DNA from: Haliotis rubra
Taxonomy: Eukaryota
Direction of reading: 5' to 3'
Assembly (NCBI RefSeq): GCF_003918875.1
Contig: NW_025765451.1
Coordinates: 1-64,000 of the forward strand
Length of the DNA stretch: 64,000 bases
Shown: positions 12,945 through 25,659 of the stretch, piece after piece
How the letters are laid out: every line of letters begins with the position of its first letter
How positions within the stretch are numbered: the first letter of the stretch is position 1
Notes under the pieces: model-generated
What the model was told of the DNA's origin: nothing
The model's input: the letters and a program-made list of their open reading frames with translations, nothing else
Databases searched by the model: none
Made by a program: the position numbers and the translations under genes

Positions 12945-15900
12945 TCTTCAACCCTGTGGACCCAGGGTCAGAATGGAGTCCTGCGCACCCATTGCTGGTT
13001 GCAAGAGCGACCGAACTAGGCAACCTGTTTTGCCGTGAGTTTGCGCCCTGTGTCAGTTCCCAAGGGTCAGGGAGTCTGATGGTTTGGGGCTGCTGGTTCC
13101 AAAGTCAGTGTTCAACACCCAACACACCAAATCGCCTGCTTCGCCTATAGGTGGTTGAATGGGCCCGGTTCAATCAATCGGCTACGGTCATGCCAATATG
13201 CATTGGCATGGAACATATTTCAATTTCAAAACTTCAATTTTGTGATTTTGCCTAGAGTCGTATGCCCAGAAGGCGGTGGATCATGCGGGCTGATCTGGTA
13301 GAATAATTACTTTTTATTATTCTGCTTGAGTATATCATCAGTATCCTTGGGTGCTGCAGAGTGGGAGGTCCACTTGTTTTACTTGTGTACTTGTAATGTC
13401 CGTGGTGGAGGTGAAGCTGGGTTGATGAATCTATGCTCCCCATTAACATGGATCACAAACCCACATGAAAAGAAACGTCCCAGCTTGATGCTGATGAAGG
13501 TACACCTGAAAGTTCAAAGACCACTAAACAGAGTAGAGAATACGCCCAAGATTCCTAGTGATAGAATCTTCTCAGATAAAAAAACAATTAAACTCCAACC
13601 CAATTTTGCTGTTTCAAAAGCAGGTGTACGGTATAGCAGGAGACGATCAAAATATCAAAATAGACTGAGATCTCGATCGTTACTCACTTAAAGATCACCT
13701 TAAAGGGACAATAAAGCGTAACCTGCAATGGTGTTACATTGGATTCCCCTGTTTCAGTGTCAATCCATCGGACCTCAATTCTAAGTAAAGGCATTGTCAG
13801 AGATAGAATCATCTTTTGGAAGGTGTAATAAGGAACTTGATATCTCGCTAGAGCTCAGAAAAACGATTTACGATAAAGCAAGTAAAAAAATCGGATCCCA
13901 TAATTGAAGCTAAGAAACATCCCAACTGTCCACCCAGGTGAATATTTGCTTCTATTACCAAAAGACCATCTGCGACCACAGTCTCAGTCAGAATGTCAGG
14001 CAGAGCTGACGTGGACAGATCATACATCTCTGTACTTGTTCCAAATCAAGAACTTTGTTGTCACGAGGGAGAATCTGCTACACAGACTACTTTGTTGCTT
14101 ACTAGTGACGTCATCTCAGTATGTCTTTAACTACAAGGGGTCTCACGTGTCCCAAAGGTTAACCAGACCCAGAGGATTCCTACTGTGAACCCCAAACTGA
14201 GACCAGGTCATGTCCATCAAGAGCTTTGGTACAAGAACCTCAGGTTTTAACCTAATTGTGAAAGGAAACCTAAAATAAATAGACTCAACCAAGAAATAGA
14301 CTCGCTTCTGGGTTTCAAATGATGAGGTCAGCTATAATGGTTTGGATCCCTTGAGGTTATGGATAATAATCCGACCATGGCTCTAATTGGGACACCTTAA
14401 CTGTCACCTCAGGAAAGCAGAGTTGATCTCCATTACATCCCTCCGCGGAAGAAATAGTAATGTATAATTCAATGGGTGTGAGGACTCAGGATAATTTAAA
14501 AAGAAATACAGCTGTGGTCGAATCTAAATCCTCAGTATTCTGCATTGGAAAGAAACCTATCTACAAAGCAGACGGATAAGTAACCTACTTTAATGCATAC
14601 CACTATTTTCTCCCAGGTGACAAGAACTGCGGGTGGATCATCACTATCCTGGTGAATAATGTATCCCATAGCCTAGTCACGCTCATCTAAATCCCAAGCC
14701 GTGGCAGTTACAGCTTGGCTTACAAGTTGCATTTACTCTCCCTTTAATTGTATGTTTCCCACCTTCATCGCTATCAGTTAACTGATCCTACAAATATACA
14801 TGATCCAACTACTTAAACCCTGTTTGATCATTGGGTGATCTAAATAGCCTAACCTTAGATTGGTACGAATACAAAAACAAAGGTAAAATTACAGGGAGTT
14901 TATCTCAAATAATGATCTGTGCATTTATGAAATAACGGTTCAAGGCAACACGACATCAAGCCACAGGAACATATTCAGCTCTTCCGGTTGTCAGTTACTG
15001 ACTTCAACCTATTGAATGAATTCGACTGGTCAGTCCGGTAATACTCTAGAAGTGACCATTTCCCAACAATATTAAAACCATCAACCCATGCTGATATTCC
15101 TCCATCTGTCTAGACGGAATTTTAAATAAGCCAACTGGCCTTTATATGAAACCCTCTGTACTGACAAACTTAAGCCCAACCGTTTTATTATTAAATTTCT
15201 CTGACATATTAGAAGCACCACAGCTGATGGAGTCATCAAGGGAATTCTCTACAATTCACACATTACGAGAACCATGGTTTAATACTGATTTGGAAAAACC
15301 TTGACTGGGAGGCACGGAAAGTGGCTGAGAATGGCTAAAATGTCATCCTATAGTCCACAATTTGAACAAATTTAATATCTTAAAACATAAAAGCACCCCG
15401 TACATTTCAAAACAAAGTAATCGTCAATGCTTGGCGGAAACTGGCAGTCTAATATCGATTCCGGGCACTATTTCTAAGGTGTGGAATGTGGATCTTTACA
15501 ACAAAAGTCTCTTCTCTTGTTCCTCTGGGACTAAGAGCTAAACCTTTCATTTCTGCTCCTGGCATTGAACTAGAAAATATAGCTCCTTCTCTTCTCTTCC
15601 TTGGCAATTGGTGAGACCATAAGTTGACCTTACACTGACAAAAATCAGAAGCTAATGAATTTACAATATATACAAGAATATAATCAATTAAAATGTAGTT
15701 ATGGCCATGCAAATCCTTATTATTTATAGATGGATCCAAGGATGGTGGCGCAGTAACATATACCACTGTCATTTGGATCCCAGAGTTTTATCTTCTCGAT
15801 TACCGGATAATAGCTCTCTTTTGGCTGCATGCCAGAAGCAAACGCAATACTGTTCGCTCTTAGGAGTATATTAATAGACACCCAAAAAGTATAAACAATA

Positions 15901-16560
15901 CATTCTCTTTCAAGGACTCTCTTTCTCTAAACTTTAGGCTATTACAAACCTTTCTTACAACACCCACCTCCATTAGAAACTGTCCCATTTATATAATGAT
16001 CTTGCTACTGGCCAATGCTGACATTGGCCTCTGTTGGTTACCCAATACGTTGGCATTTCTGAGAAATTCACAGCCGGCTCCTGCTGCAGGAGCAGCACTC
16101 TCAAGAAATCCATGATACCCACTTCTTATTCCATACTCTTATTATGTAGCTGGCGTCAGACTTTGCATCAGTGATCAGAAGCAGTGGGAGAAGTGGGACA
16201 ACCAAATAGTTATAAATAAATGATATTGAATGAAACCCTATGTTGGTTACTCCAACTTGGGTTTGTCTGTCTGTCAGATTTGAAGAGGTCATCATGTGGC
16301 GATGTCGTATTGGTTAGCCACTAGATATGCTCATGAATACCTGTTGTTAAGGTGAGAAATCCTCAGTTTTTATCCCATGTGATGAAAGAATCACAGTCAA
16401 AGCAGCCATTCTGCTTGACTGCATTAATTTTTCCATCTGAAGCGGATTAATATTTCAATGTCAAAACGGTGGAAGGATCTTTCTAAGAAGTTGAACTATC
16501 ACTTAATTATTGAATGTTTGAAATGAAATAGAATAGTTAAATATATTTCCGATAAAATGG
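12945..16560 (+). mobile_element. Old degenerate copy of a related I-group LINE with the RT core deleted
   Basis: 5' UTR resembles the reverse complement of 33620-33865. ORF1 remnants PRFLVIE, KGIVRDR and CQAELTW; APE remnants about 14460-15130 (NEFDWSV, SDHFPTIL). Jumps near 15450 to pre-RNase H and RNase H (FIDGSKDGG), then the RCRIG..HEYLL region. Confidence 0.85.
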
Positions 16561-16879
16561 CTCTGTAAACAAAGACATAGTATTTTATTATTGGTGGTTC
16601 ACTTTAGCTGAGATTGGCAGGTGTAACAATAGCTCTGGAGATAGAGTATTGTAGGTATTTGTCCTCAGTGGGGGCAATAGGGGTCCCAAAACGTCAAAAT
16701 TAAATTAAGCTTGCCAGATATAGACAAAAACATGTATTTTTGGTGGTTGGACATTGGCTAAAATTACCAACAATGATCTCACCGAACATACTGAAGGCAT
16801 GATAGTGTAAATCATTCTGAGGTCCATGCGGGTAGCAAAAGAAATTGTCAGTTGGTCCCTAAACATGGGTGATCTACTT

Positions 16880-17047
16880 AAGTTGCTGGTGGAGTCTGCC
16901 TTCAGTTGTTGGTGAAGAATCTACCTTCAGTTGCTGGTGATCTACCTTCAGTTGCAGTCTACCAACTAGTTGCTGGTGATCTACCTTCAGTTGCTGGTGA
17001 TCTACCTTCAGTTGCTGGTGATCTACCAGCCAGTTGCTGGTGATCTC
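16880..17047. repeat. 21-bp minisatellite (agttgctggtgatctaccttc)n
   Basis: About 8 units directly visible. Confidence 0.9.
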
Positions 17048-17469
17048 CAGCCCATTTCTATATTGTACCGTCTGTACCATTTTGTCTAATTCTTAAAAAG
17101 TTACATGCCTTGTTTTACAATTCTCTAGCTGTAATAATCTTGTTTTTATTGTCTATTGTTGACAGGTGTTTTATAATTTAATTGCTTGTTATAATTTACT
17201 TTTAAGTCATAATAAGGCTTAAGCATTGCTGATGTGACTATGAGTCGCACTACTCACTAACGTGGTGGTTGCCTTTCCTTATATAGGGACAACATGCATG
17301 CAGTTATGTGAGGCCGCTCATCCTGGGAGTCGATTTATTGCGCTATGTCCCAGTCCGAACACTGGGTACTCATCCAGACAAAACACACCGACCTAAGAAG
17401 TCTTGCTTAATCTACGTAAACGCTACGTAAACGCAGGATAAACTATTCGCTAGCGCCATCATTTAAAAC

Positions 17470-19390
17470 GCCAGTTGCCTATCTAAATGTGCATAACTCT
17501 ACCACACGCGAGAAAAAGGATGTCCCTTCCAGAATTGCCAGTACGACGCTGCATTCGTTGACCTTTGAACCCTTTGTCCTGGAATCCACTCGGATAAACG
17601 TACATCACTAAAATTGCCACCTGTGTCTGTGGTGCTGCTGCCAGCTGCCCTGACGCTGTTAGATCCGACGGACTATCTCTGGCACACGAAACATCTCCTC
17701 TGGGGTATTTTGCTTTGTCTGAATTCAAAAGTCAAGAGGACGTCAATTCACTGCAGAAAATACAGGACAATTAACCCGTTACGAGCGGCTGTGGAGTTCT
17801 TCGCCGAGGGGCGTTTCTAAATAAATGGTATTAATACACAATGCAACATATATATTTTATCAAGCTATCACCACCAAAAGAAAATAACACTCAAAATCTA
17901 AATAATGCCATTAAATATTTTTCTCTTTTCATTACGCGATAATCTATCGTAAATCCGCTCAATGCTTCCATCAAGAGCTACAAACCAATCATCTGTGTTT
18001 CTTCTGGATGGTCCCTGCCTGAGATGATGCAATCATCCCTTTAGACTTTTTCACCGTGATGCAGGAAGGTCTCTGGCCGGCTTTGAGTTCGTTCAACAGT
18101 GGGAGATCGGTCACAGAGGCAATAGGCAACGCTAAAATTGACTCTTTCAGAACAGAAGCTTCTCGCAGCATCTTGGGACCGTCGAGCTCGTGTGCTGAGG
18201 GGCCACGGATCACTTGGACCTCTATGAAACCACTGGTTTTATTGAACAGGGATATTTTCTTTCTTGAAAGGTGGGGGCTTACAGGAGTCAAGGACTGCTA
18301 TAAGTTGGTGGAGGTAAATGTGAATAGTTATTGTTTGTTTATAGGTTTAAGGAATACTAGAATAGCAACAGGCAACAGGAGACCGTCCCTTGCCACGTGG
18401 TATTGTACTAAAGTGACTGAAATGTCTCACACTGGACAACAACACTGCGTACACTTGTCGACAGGGTGAAAGTCGCTTTACACTCATATATAGATCACCA
18501 CCGAAACCAGTCGACAGTAGTATGCCATTCGCAAGTCAAGTTCATGTAATGTTTTACATGCATGCACATACGCGTCTTTTGTACAGTGCAATGAAAGGCC
18601 TGGTCCATAGAGTTACTTAAATACAGGAAGATGGAGTCAAACTTGGTGAAGTTGGCCCGACATTTTCCAAAGCCAAGGTTGTAATTTAGGAGCAGGGATT
18701 ACCACAACTTCGAAAGGAAGAAAACTTTCAATTATGATCTGTTTACATTCTGCAATTGAATAAAAAGAAAAAAGCTGAAAGAGGAAAAATGTAGTTCTTA
18801 AAGTTTTCCCCTAACCAACGTAGGAACTTCAGCTGATAGTCTCTTTCTACTGGTGCCTCCGCCAGTTCAACAGTCAACACAAGATGATTTACTTTTTTCC
18901 ACTCAAGGCAAAGTTGTCTTTTTATTGCCGTATAGAGACATTTTGTGCTTCCGAATCAACACTAGGATCGAAAAACACAGTTTATCAATGTCAAGTTAAT
19001 TTGTCAATTTCTTTGCAAGTAGTCTTCTATTAGAACGAGTAACTTGGGACATCAAGCCTTCAGTTGTTGACAGAGCTACTCATTGAAAACACACCCACAT
19101 CTTTACACTGCTATTTTTGAGTACATTCGAGGGTCTAGTACTTTTTTTCCGTCCATGATTAGTTGTGTTGGGAATATATGCTGCTATTAACGATTGGAGA
19201 GATACCAACTAACTGGCGGAGTGACATTTGTATATTTTTTATGTTGAAGCCTATCAATTGGTCGGTTCCCCGTTCGATATAACTGCAGGATTGCAAAAGC
19301 ATCCAGAAGCCACGTATTTGTCATTAAAATTATCATTCAAAGTACTATCACAGGTTCCCAGCTGACAGAAACGGCATGAGTAAACACAGG
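17470..19390 (-). pseudogene. cGLR-like pseudogene, type X copy (diverged)
   Basis: Reverse strand reads VIRGP, LALPIA, DWFVALDGSIERIYDRLSRNEKRK and LDIDKL. Confidence 0.55.
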
Positions 19391-20906
19391 TTGTTTTGTG
19401 GTTTGTATATATTATCATGGCAGTGTGGAGACAAATGATGTACGTTATTTGTTTATTGTTTGTTGCGTTTAACCAGCAAAGTGCGTCATGGCATTTTGCG
19501 TGAGCCCAAGTCATTTCGTATCTTATTCAAAACTATCATGCTCGCAAAAAGATTTCACAGTATATGTAGTTACTTTATCACACCGATTTAATAACTGGAA
19601 CATAATTGCACTATTAAAACTCAAGGCATACATTTAACTATTGGGCACATTAGGTCCTGGCAACAAAGGCACCACAACTGACTGTATATCAGTAGCACTT
19701 ACATCAGCGGGAACCTGAGATCATGGGTTCGAATCTGTCGTCGCCATTAATTAAGTGTTTCTGGTTTGTCGGCCTGTGCCTCTTTGGATTCACCAGAGAC
19801 CGAGACGTGCACTACTTCCGGCTTTCCGCCAACATCACGCCAATATACGAAATAGTGTTTCAGGCGGCACTAAATAGATTTCACTCAAATTTTACAGCCT
19901 TATTGGAGTATGACTGAAACACTTGTCGCATTATGAAGACGAACTCCACCTAATGACATTGTGTTACATGCCTCTGAAAGTGATAAATGAAGAAAGTTTC
20001 AAGGGAAGTGGTAGATAAAGCACACACGGTATTAGGAAATGTGTAAAATATAAATTACCGGATTCCATGTCATTTATGTTTGTTACTACCAAAGAAATTA
20101 CTCCAAGTTCAATTTTCGGATGAAATCTGTTTTGTGTCTCATTATTCGATCGCCGTTTTGTATCATTATCCCTGACACGGGAATCATTCTCAAATAACTT
20201 AATCACCAGGTAAAGCGAACGTGGAGTCAGCGCTTTCCGATCCAGCTGACGTATGAGCACTTCGCAATCGTTTTCATTCTGCCGTTCACGTTATACAACG
20301 GCTGACTCTCACAGAAGTGTGAGGAGTTAGTATTAATACTTAACGGCAATATTGCGACGAGAACACATTTCATATGCTAAGCGAACACATGTATAAAATA
20401 AAACTTGTCAATGGTCAGTAGGGTGTGTTAGTGAGTGAGTTACGTTTACGCTGCTTTGAGCAACATTCCAGCAATATCATGGCGGGCAATGGACAGTAGA
20501 ACAACTAAAGGATCACACTTAGAATTAAAACCAGCATCTAAGGCTTGGAGTAATAGCCCTAATCGAAAAATTCACAATATGAAAACAGGCTAGAAGTTGC
20601 CTCAACTGAATGTAGATCATCCACCATACTCTAAGAACCAGCTGGGCTTACAGTACTTACATGGACGCTTATGTGGATAATGTGCTAAGATATTGATATA
20701 TCTGATAAGATATTATCTTAATCTACGGCTGCTACATTGTTATTGTTAAAAATGCTTTCCTGAACGTATACGGTTGTTATATGAGGTAAGGTGAGAATAC
20801 TTCTGATCAAATCGACGACGTGCATGCGTGTGTATGTGGATGTTTCATCAGTTTAATCTATAGTGCCATATCTCACTGAGACACCAGGCCGCAGCCAGTT
20901 ATCAAT

Positions 20907-21266
20907 AGGTGAGGTGAAATTGGGTTTAACGTCGTGCTTTTGAGAATATGACGACGTGCTCATATGACGACGATGCATGCGTGTGTATGTGTACGTGCGG
21001 CTGCTTGTACTAATCCAGACTAAAGCTGGTTTTATAGTGCTAGCCCACTGAGATACCATGCCGCAGTGAAGCATGAATACCCCACTCCAGACACATTATA
21101 CTGACTCCGAGCCGACCAGTCCTTGTTTGCAACCATTAATGCCGAGCGCCAGGCAGGACCAACATAGTACCATATTTTAACGTCTTTTGGTATGACGCGG
21201 TCGGGGATCGAATCCACGACCTTCCGCTCTCCGGGCGGACGCTCTACCACTACACCACGGAGACGG
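20907..21266 (-). mobile_element. tRNA-derived SINE family A (V-domain-like body); other copies about 9205-9480 +, 44410-44682 -, 62158-62497 -, and 62825-63070 plus 63530-63581 -
   Basis: A box ggtgtagtggt and B box gattcgatccc, shared body aaggactggtcggctcggagtcagtataatgtgtc and tail gacgttaaacccaa. Confidence 0.85.
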
Positions 21267-23539
21267 TGGTTGTTATATGGAACGTAATGAACGTTTCATA
21301 CTTTAAAGCACAAGACATTACATACTATAAAATGGTAACTTGAACGAGGTTCACATAAAGAAATAGTAGTGCCTTCATCCCTTTATCCTAATAATGCTGA
21401 ATGACAAGCATTATTCACAATGTCCAGCATTTTGTAATTCAGTAGAGATGAAAGAGTTTTCAAAACGTTCCGAAGTTTGCATCTTGACATTAAATCAACC
21501 GTACGAAAATAATGCTACAATATGGTCTGGTTTACAGCATTCAAAGCCTTGGTAAAGATTTTTAAAATACACAGTAGACATGTAGATTATATTTCAGATT
21601 TGAATGATGAAAGAAATTGTATATTTTGACTTGCACCTGTTTGGTCAGGTGAATACATCACATTCCTCTCCGGACTCCACCTCCATTCAGAAAATGATCA
21701 CATAACACATATGTAAATTCCGCTACTCGGCTTGGGCGTCTTAGTATTGCTACTGACCCGTTGATTCAGGCTACATCTCTGTTTGGGACAATACCAACCT
21801 TCGTCAGTGAAACAGCCTAAGGTCAACTTAGAAGAGCAACTTTGAAAAATATTTAAATTCTGGTCCAAGCATACGCCAAAAATAGACGAGGAAGGACAAC
21901 CTTCCAGAATTGAAAACGGACTAAAAATGTATGTGTAAAGAGTATCATTATTCTGGCGCCTTGGGAGCTATTGCAATAATAGATTCTAACATTGGCTGAA
22001 AGTCTAGATACAGCCTAATCCATTAATCGCAACAGGGAACAGATGAACTAAACACAAAAGGCAATGTTTCACTGTCTCGTTGTCACACACTTTACATCCT
22101 TCGTCAAACACGGTGTTAATGGCTTCTGGTTGTGATCTTTACCTGATTGTGTGTAATGTCAGGGTTGTAAAGTGCTTCATATAAAGTAAACATTGCATGC
22201 GGAAGTGCTTGCTGTGAGCACTAAGTACCTTTCCGCGTTTAACAGTTCAGATTTTACATAAAACATACGCAAGAGCGTTTATGGTGTTTATTTAATGGCT
22301 AGCTTAAGTGGATAAAACTCAGGTAACAAAAACAAGCATTTCGCATGAATATGCTGTATATTGTTCTCACCCATCGACCTGTAAAATCGAATTAGAATGA
22401 GCTTGTGTAAAGCCGATGGTGCGTCAAACAAAGCTGAGTACATTTCAAACCATAACTCGGTTCCTCCCCAACGACACGCAAAACGACGGATATTCCATTC
22501 ACTAGAAAAAACTTCATGGCGGCCTTTGTCCTTAAAACCAAATCATGTATAATCAACATTATTCAAGCGATTATGATGACGTCTCTTGGCAAAACTGGAA
22601 ATTGTTCTCCAGTTGCATGTGTCGCTCTGTAATTTTGAAAAATTATGGAAACAAATCACCATCTTCCAATATAAATGCAATTAGGAGGAAGGGAAGGACT
22701 GATCGGATTCTCGTCGGATCTCGATTTAAAGATGATAATTATCGTGAGTAATTTTGTCTACAATAAGCTAACTGAAGCACATCAATGGGGAGGGTCTGGA
22801 AATTCCAGTATCTTTAAATCTATTTACACGCTTGGGAGGTTCTGCGTAAAAGCGAAATCAAGTTTTAAAAAGAAGAAATTACTGATTTTTTCTAAATAAT
22901 TTTCTGGTGGTTCAATTCTTTGAAACTTATATCAGCGAGTCACTTGGACCAGACGGGGGTTCTCTCAAACCATCAGAACAGTAGTCCAATCGAATGTTTG
23001 TTTCATTAATGCTGGTTTTGTTGTATTACATTTGACGTGTGAGGGATGGTAAATAAGCTAATAAGATGAAACAAAATAACTTACTTTTCAGATCCCCCAC
23101 CATTGACATACTTTTTTACAAACGATGTTGGAGGAATTCTGCTGACGTCCTCCTCTTGGCTGTCTGAAAGGGTCTCCACAGTTGCTATGACGTCATCGGC
23201 AGAATGAAAATGGACGTCTTCCATAGCCGCAGATCAGAAGATAACTGTAAGCAATGATGATGGATTCAGAACTACACTATCATAGGTTTTCTGGCCCACC
23301 TAAGTGCAACTGCGCTGTCAATGGTGGTACTTTTTTAAAGACTTGGCCATCCTTGTGCCCAATATTTGAATGAATCTTCAAGCAGTTTAACAGTGCTGTT
23401 ATGTTCAGGTTATTTCAAATACAGGTGAGAAACAACAATCCGATATAATAATATATTTCATAGTTATCATATATATTTTACTTTGCTAATTAGTATTTTC
23501 ATTCCACATTGCCAGCATAACATACACAAACCACATGCC

Positions 23540-25600
23540 TTATCAATGCCTTTTTGTCAACTGGTGAAGGTTGGACAGTGTACTTACAATTTCATTATTG
23601 ACAGGTGGCTTCCAGATGCTATTTCAATCCTGCAGATATATTGAACTGGGCACGTAATTAAAAGGCGTCAACATAAAAATATACCAGTGTCACTCCTTCG
23701 CCAGTTAAGAGTCTCTCCAATCGTTAAAAAGCAGTTACATTCCTCACAACTAATCATGGACGAAGAAAGCACTAAGACCCTCTAACGTACTCAAAATAGC
23801 AGGCAAAGATGTGGAGTGTTTTCAATGAGCAGCTCTGTCAACAACTGAAGGCACTGATTTCCCATCACCATTGGATAAAGTGGACTCTGAGGCCAAGAAA
23901 TTGACAAATTAACTTGACATTGATAAACTGTGCTTTTTCGATGCCCATCTTTGATTCGGAGAACAATAAGTCATGTACACGGGCAATAAAAGACAAATTT
24001 GCCTTGAGTGGCAGTAATCATCTGTGTTGACTGTCGATCTGACGGAGTGCGCAGTGAAAACAGGCTATCAAACTAGAGGATCCTACGTTGGTTTGGGGAA
24101 ACGTCAAAAGCTTACTTTTTCCCTCATTTAATTACAGAATACAAACAGCTCCCGGTTGTGAGTTATCGCCTTTTCTAAGATGTAATCTACCCCCAAATTA
24201 CAACCCCTGGTTTCCGGAATAATGTATTACAGTAACAATATGCAGGAGGCCTTCTGTACGTAAATACAGTGTGTGTGTGTGTGTGTGTGTGTGTCCGTGT
24301 GTGTGTGTGTGTGCTTGCGTGTGTGTGCGTGCGTGCGTGCGTGCGCGCGACTTTATCCTGTCGACTAGTGTAGGCAGTGTTGTAGTGTGGGACATTTCAG
24401 TTTAGGCACTGGCGACTTCTGACGACTGCAAACCGACAAACAAAACCTATTCACATATCTTCACATCACATCTCCACCAACCAGTAGCCGTCCTCGAGCA
24501 CAGTAAACACCTGCCTTCGAGAAAGAAATTAGCCTTTTCAATTAAACCAGTCCTACATAGTCGTCTGTAATCCGTGGTCCCCCTCAACAGACATGCTGAG
24601 GCTGTCCCGATAGCTTCTGTTCGAAAGAGTCGTTTCAGCGCTGCCTACTGCTCTTGTGAGCGACCTCCCAAAGTAGAACGGACTAAAAGCCGACCTGAGA
24701 CTTTCCTGCGATCATGGTGGATATAGTCCAGAAGGGATGATTGCATCATCTCGAGCAGGGGACCATCCAGAAAGAAACACAGATGATTATTGGTTTGCAG
24801 TCTCTTGATTGAAGCATTGAGAGGGTTACGATGGATTTATCACTTAATGAAAAGCAGAAAAATATTATTGGTATTTAGACTTTAAGTGGTTTTCTGTGTG
24901 GAGTGATAGTGATAAATAGATGCTGCATTGTCTGTCAATGCCATTTATTTAGAAACGCCCCTCGGCGAATGAACTCCCCAGCAGCTCGTAACAAGATAAA
25001 TTGTCCTGGTATTTACAGTAAATTGATCGTCCTCTGAATTTTGAATTCCAGACAAAGCAAATACCCCAGAGCAAGATAATTTCGTGCCGGAGACAGTCCT
25101 GGAATGATCTAGCACTCTAACAGCCAGCAGCAACAGCACCACGCTACATTGCAGGCGGTCTGTTAGTTATCTTCGATTATCGTGTGGATTCCGGTACAAA
25201 AAGTTTCAAGGTCAGCAGACATGGTAGCGCAGTGTCTGGCACTACCGCGTCGTATTGGCAGTTGTGGAAGGGGCATCTTTATTGTTTCCTGCATAACCGG
25301 TCATATTCATGCGTATGGTAAGAGTTAAATAGTTGATGGTCCCGTGCCCGAAAATGTTTGAGCTTTTTCCCGCCATCAGATAGGTATTAAGCAGAACAAA
25401 GAAGCTGATTGGTCTAGTCAATTGACTGCTGTGGCCAGGGCTGGGGAACCAACGGTCAGACTGTGACATATTATATACGCCTGTTAGCGCAATTAATCGC
25501 GTTCAGCACGAACTAGTTAGCCGAGCAGCCACAAACACGTGCATGCATGTCACTGTGTAAGAACAACAACCATGGTGTAAACCATGGTATTCAACTTACT
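23540..25600 (+). pseudogene. cGLR-like pseudogene, type X copy
   Basis: Homologous to 39555-41420. ETPLGE(tga)TPQQLV at 24952-24990 and NFVPETVL near 25080. Confidence 0.58.
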
Positions 25601-25659
25601 TTACCTCACCTTATGAGGAGAGGGAGGGAGGGTGAGTTGACACACAGTACTAAGTTTAT

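Noticed and set aside
16874-17080. ORF with VDHQQLK repeats
   Set aside because: Translation of a 21-bp minisatellite; no evidence of coding.
21190-21266. tRNA genes (also 36270-36340, 62430-62497)
   Set aside because: The A/B boxes continue into SINE bodies and tails, so these are SINE heads.
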